Source: an uncultured Acidobacteriota bacterium (GTDB lineage Bacteria; Actinomycetota; Acidimicrobiia; Spongiisociales; ZC4RG35). From it: a stretch of 64,000 bases of DNA. The stretch lies in the NCBI GenBank assembly GCA_963828465.1, contig CAWHEU010000025.1, positions 64,001 through 128,000 on the forward strand, written 5' to 3'. The notes under the pieces were generated by a model. It did no database searches. It saw only the letters and a program-made list of their open reading frames with translations, and had not been told where the DNA came from. Shown here piece after piece: positions 62,052-64,000 of this stretch; position 1 is the first letter of the stretch, and every line of letters starts with the position of its first letter. A program made the translations under genes and the position numbers.

Positions 62052-62443
62052 GCCGAGTCCTTCATGTCGAGCAACCGGTGGAGCGTGGTGTCCACGACCG
62101 CCCTGATGTGCTCGGGCGACAGTCCTGCAGCGCGTGCCTGGCCCACCCAAGCCTCCAAGCGCACTCGCAGCCCATCGAGGGTCCCTGGTGACGGTCCCGC
62201 CAGCGAGCCCACTACATAGGTGCCCTGCCCGTGCCTTCCCTCCACCAGTTGTTCGTACTCGAGCTGGCGGTAGGCCTTGAGCACCGTGTTGGGGTTGATG
62301 ACCAGGGCCGCTGCTACCTCGCGGACCGTCGGCAGCCGGTCACCCGGCTCGAGTCGGCCAAGGCGCAGGGCCTGTCTCACCTGCTCGGCGATCTGAAGGT
62401 AAGTCGGCACACCCGATGTGGAGCTGAGGTGAAAGGCGAGCAT
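62048..62443 (-). CDS. GntR (YtrA subfamily) regulator
   Basis: PTYLQI, LPTVRE, INPNTVLKAY; upstream of ABC genes. Confidence 0.92.
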   Translation of the reverse strand: MLAFHLSSTSGVPTYLQIAEQVRQALRLGRLEPGDRLPTVREVAAALVINPNTVLKAYRQLEYEQLVEGRHGQGTYVVGSLAGPSPGTLDGLRVRLEAWVGQARAAGLSPEHIRAVVDTTLHRLLDMKDSA

Positions 62444-62561
62444 TGTCGGAGTGTACTACAACACTAAGACAAGCCACTAGTCCACTGCGCCTAAACGGTG
62501 AGCCGGCAGATGGCCACGCCGGGCTGTTTGATCGAGCGGGGCGACGGGAAACAAGTCAGAG

Positions 62562-63059
62562 ATGCAGACGAGGGACGTCACCGACATCCTGAAGAAGCCG
62601 ATCAGCCAAGAGATGCTCAACCGGGACATCGTCCGATTGGCGTACGTCGCCACGGACGGCACTCCGAGGGTCGTCCCGATCGGGTTCACCTGGAATGGCT
62701 CCGAGGTCGTCATGTGCACGCCGACGAACGCTCCGAAGCTGGTGTCGTTGCGCCAGAACCCGGCAGTCGCCCTGACCATCGACACCGAGGTCCACCCACC
62801 GAAAATCCTGCTGATCCGGGGCGACGCGGTGCTCGACGAGGTCGAGGGAATTCCTGATGAGTATCTCCAGGCGAGCGGCACCTACAAGATGACGCCGGAG
62901 CAGCGAGTTGAGTGGGAGACCGAGATCCGGTCGTTGTACGACTCAATGGTCCGGATCGTCGTAAAGCCGACGTGGGCGAAGCTGATCGACTTCGACGAGA
63001 CACTTCCAACCCCGGTCGAGCAGCTGGTTCGCCTCCGGGAAGAGCGGGAGCAGGCCTAG
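62562..63059 (+). CDS. Pyridoxamine 5'-phosphate oxidase-like protein
   Basis: RLAY...DGTPRVVPI, KL..LRQNPAVALTID. Confidence 0.85.
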   Translation: MQTRDVTDILKKPISQEMLNRDIVRLAYVATDGTPRVVPIGFTWNGSEVVMCTPTNAPKLVSLRQNPAVALTIDTEVHPPKILLIRGDAVLDEVEGIPDEYLQASGTYKMTPEQRVEWETEIRSLYDSMVRIVVKPTWAKLIDFDETLPTPVEQLVRLREEREQA

Positions 63060-63100
63060 CCGCTGCCCACCTCGTCACACCGTCGCGCCTGACAACGGAC

Positions 63101-63144
63101 ACAGAGCAGGTTTCTAAGCCCGGGCGTCGCAGGTTCGAATCCTG
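63101..63144 (+). repeat. Degenerate att-like repeat R7
   Basis: ACAGAGCAGGTTTCTAAGCCCGGGCGTCGCAGGTTCGAATCCTG. Confidence 0.8.
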
Positions 63145-63457
63145 TGCTGTCTTCCAGTTACCGAACCATCACGTCCTTGTCCGCGCTTCTCACGGAGCCG
63201 AAGGCGATCCCGCCCGAGGTGGCCCTGCTCGGGGGAACGTGGAGGCCTAGGGTTGTCCACAGGTCGAAGCGATCTTCGTGTACTCCGCAATCGGACCCTT
63301 CAACAATCGAACGTTCAAGAAAACGCGTCAGATGAAAGGGGCGACAGGACATATAAGGGAAGGAGCGGGATCGATTCCCGCGAGGAGGAGCCGCGTGAGC
63401 AAGCGGACCAGGCAGGAGCCGGTCCCGGCGCATGGGGCCAGAGCGAAGGAGTACACC

Positions 63458-64000
63458 ATGGCTCGACGCCTTCTAGTCGTCTGGCTGAGCCTTTTCCTGT
63501 TAGTCGCCGCGACCGGCACATCCGGTGCCAGCTCGGGTTCGAGCAGACCACAGGACACCACGGTCCTCGATTGGAACCGTCACGCTTCCGAAGCGCTGAT
63601 CGGCGCACCGGACGGGGGGACTCCCGGAGCCGGACAGACCCCTCCTGTTTCGGTGCTGCACATGGCGATGGTGCAGACGGCGGTGTTCGACGCGGTCAAC
63701 ATGATCGACCGCGGTTATGAGTCTTACCTGGACGACCTGCCCCGGGCCCCAAGATGGGCTTCCAAGCCCGCGGCGGTAGCCACGGCGGCACACGACGTGC
63801 TGGTCGGGTTGGGGATCGCCCCCGTGCCCGCCCTGCCGCCGGCGGTGATCGACCGGCTCAACACGCTGTACACCGCCGCGCTTGCAGGCATTCCCGACGG
63901 CCGCGCCAAGACCGCGGGCATCGAAGCAGGGGCGGCGGCCGCCGATGAAATGCTCGCCCAGCGCACCGGTGACGGCCGCTACGTCCCGTCCGCCTTTGAC
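63458..64000 (+). CDS. Secreted vanadium-haloperoxidase/PAP2-like protein, N-terminal part only
   Basis: AAGGAG RBS; signal peptide; VLDWN, MAMVQTAVFDAVN, AAVATAAHDVL, G.AAA..ML..R..DG. Confidence 0.7.
   Translation, partial: MARRLLVVWLSLFLLVAATGTSGASSGSSRPQDTTVLDWNRHASEALIGAPDGGTPGAGQTPPVSVLHMAMVQTAVFDAVNMIDRGYESYLDDLPRAPRWASKPAAVATAAHDVLVGLGIAPVPALPPAVIDRLNTLYTAALAGIPDGRAKTAGIEAGAAAADEMLAQRTGDGRYVPSAFD

Larger units (their letters stand above)
42106..63144 (+). mobile_element. Tandem array of six att-bounded cargo units at tRNA-Arg(CCT); no integrase seen
   Basis: Six direct copies of the tRNA 3' half, most with a shared upstream arm, separating unrelated cargo. Confidence 0.8.

Noticed and set aside
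42033-63144. CRISPR array or tRNA gene cluster
   Set aside because: Intervals are kb-sized and gene-bearing, no cas genes are present, and all copies after the first lack the tRNA 5' half.
42106-64000. Classical integron or prophage
   Set aside because: No intI, canonical attC sites or phage structural genes were recognised.

Overview
High-GC actinobacterial DNA; gene content suggests Acidimicrobiia (inference). The window has three zones. (1) 1-8146: an accessory region downstream of an initiator tRNA-fMet, with a UvrA-like ABC ATPase, an FAD monooxygenase, NDH-2, a 3-hydroxyacyl-CoA dehydrogenase, gene debris and two decayed tyrosine-integrase C-termini. (2) ~8200-42000: core-like genes, including infA, vapBC, UPF0182, a DivIVA-domain protein, PDZ/Lon-like protease, bioY, a FadD + Liv-type ABC cluster, moaE, HtrA, SulP, an ECF sigma/anti-sigma cluster, tatA, CLC, clpP and a NYN protein. 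(3) 42033-64000, the main finding: an intact tRNA-Arg(CCT) followed by six more direct copies of its 3' half. Four of these carry a conserved ~95 bp partly palindromic arm, one a truncated arm and one only a trace. The copies divide the DNA into 0.77-11.6 kb cargo units with unrelated small genes and no recognisable integrase, i.e. an integron-like, tRNA-anchored array of non-autonomous cassettes. The array also holds an inverted tRNA-Arg(ACG) att scar and a circularly permuted mini-ISL3. Many frameshifts, some in core genes, may be assembly indels. All calls come from reading the sequence by eye; no searches were run.
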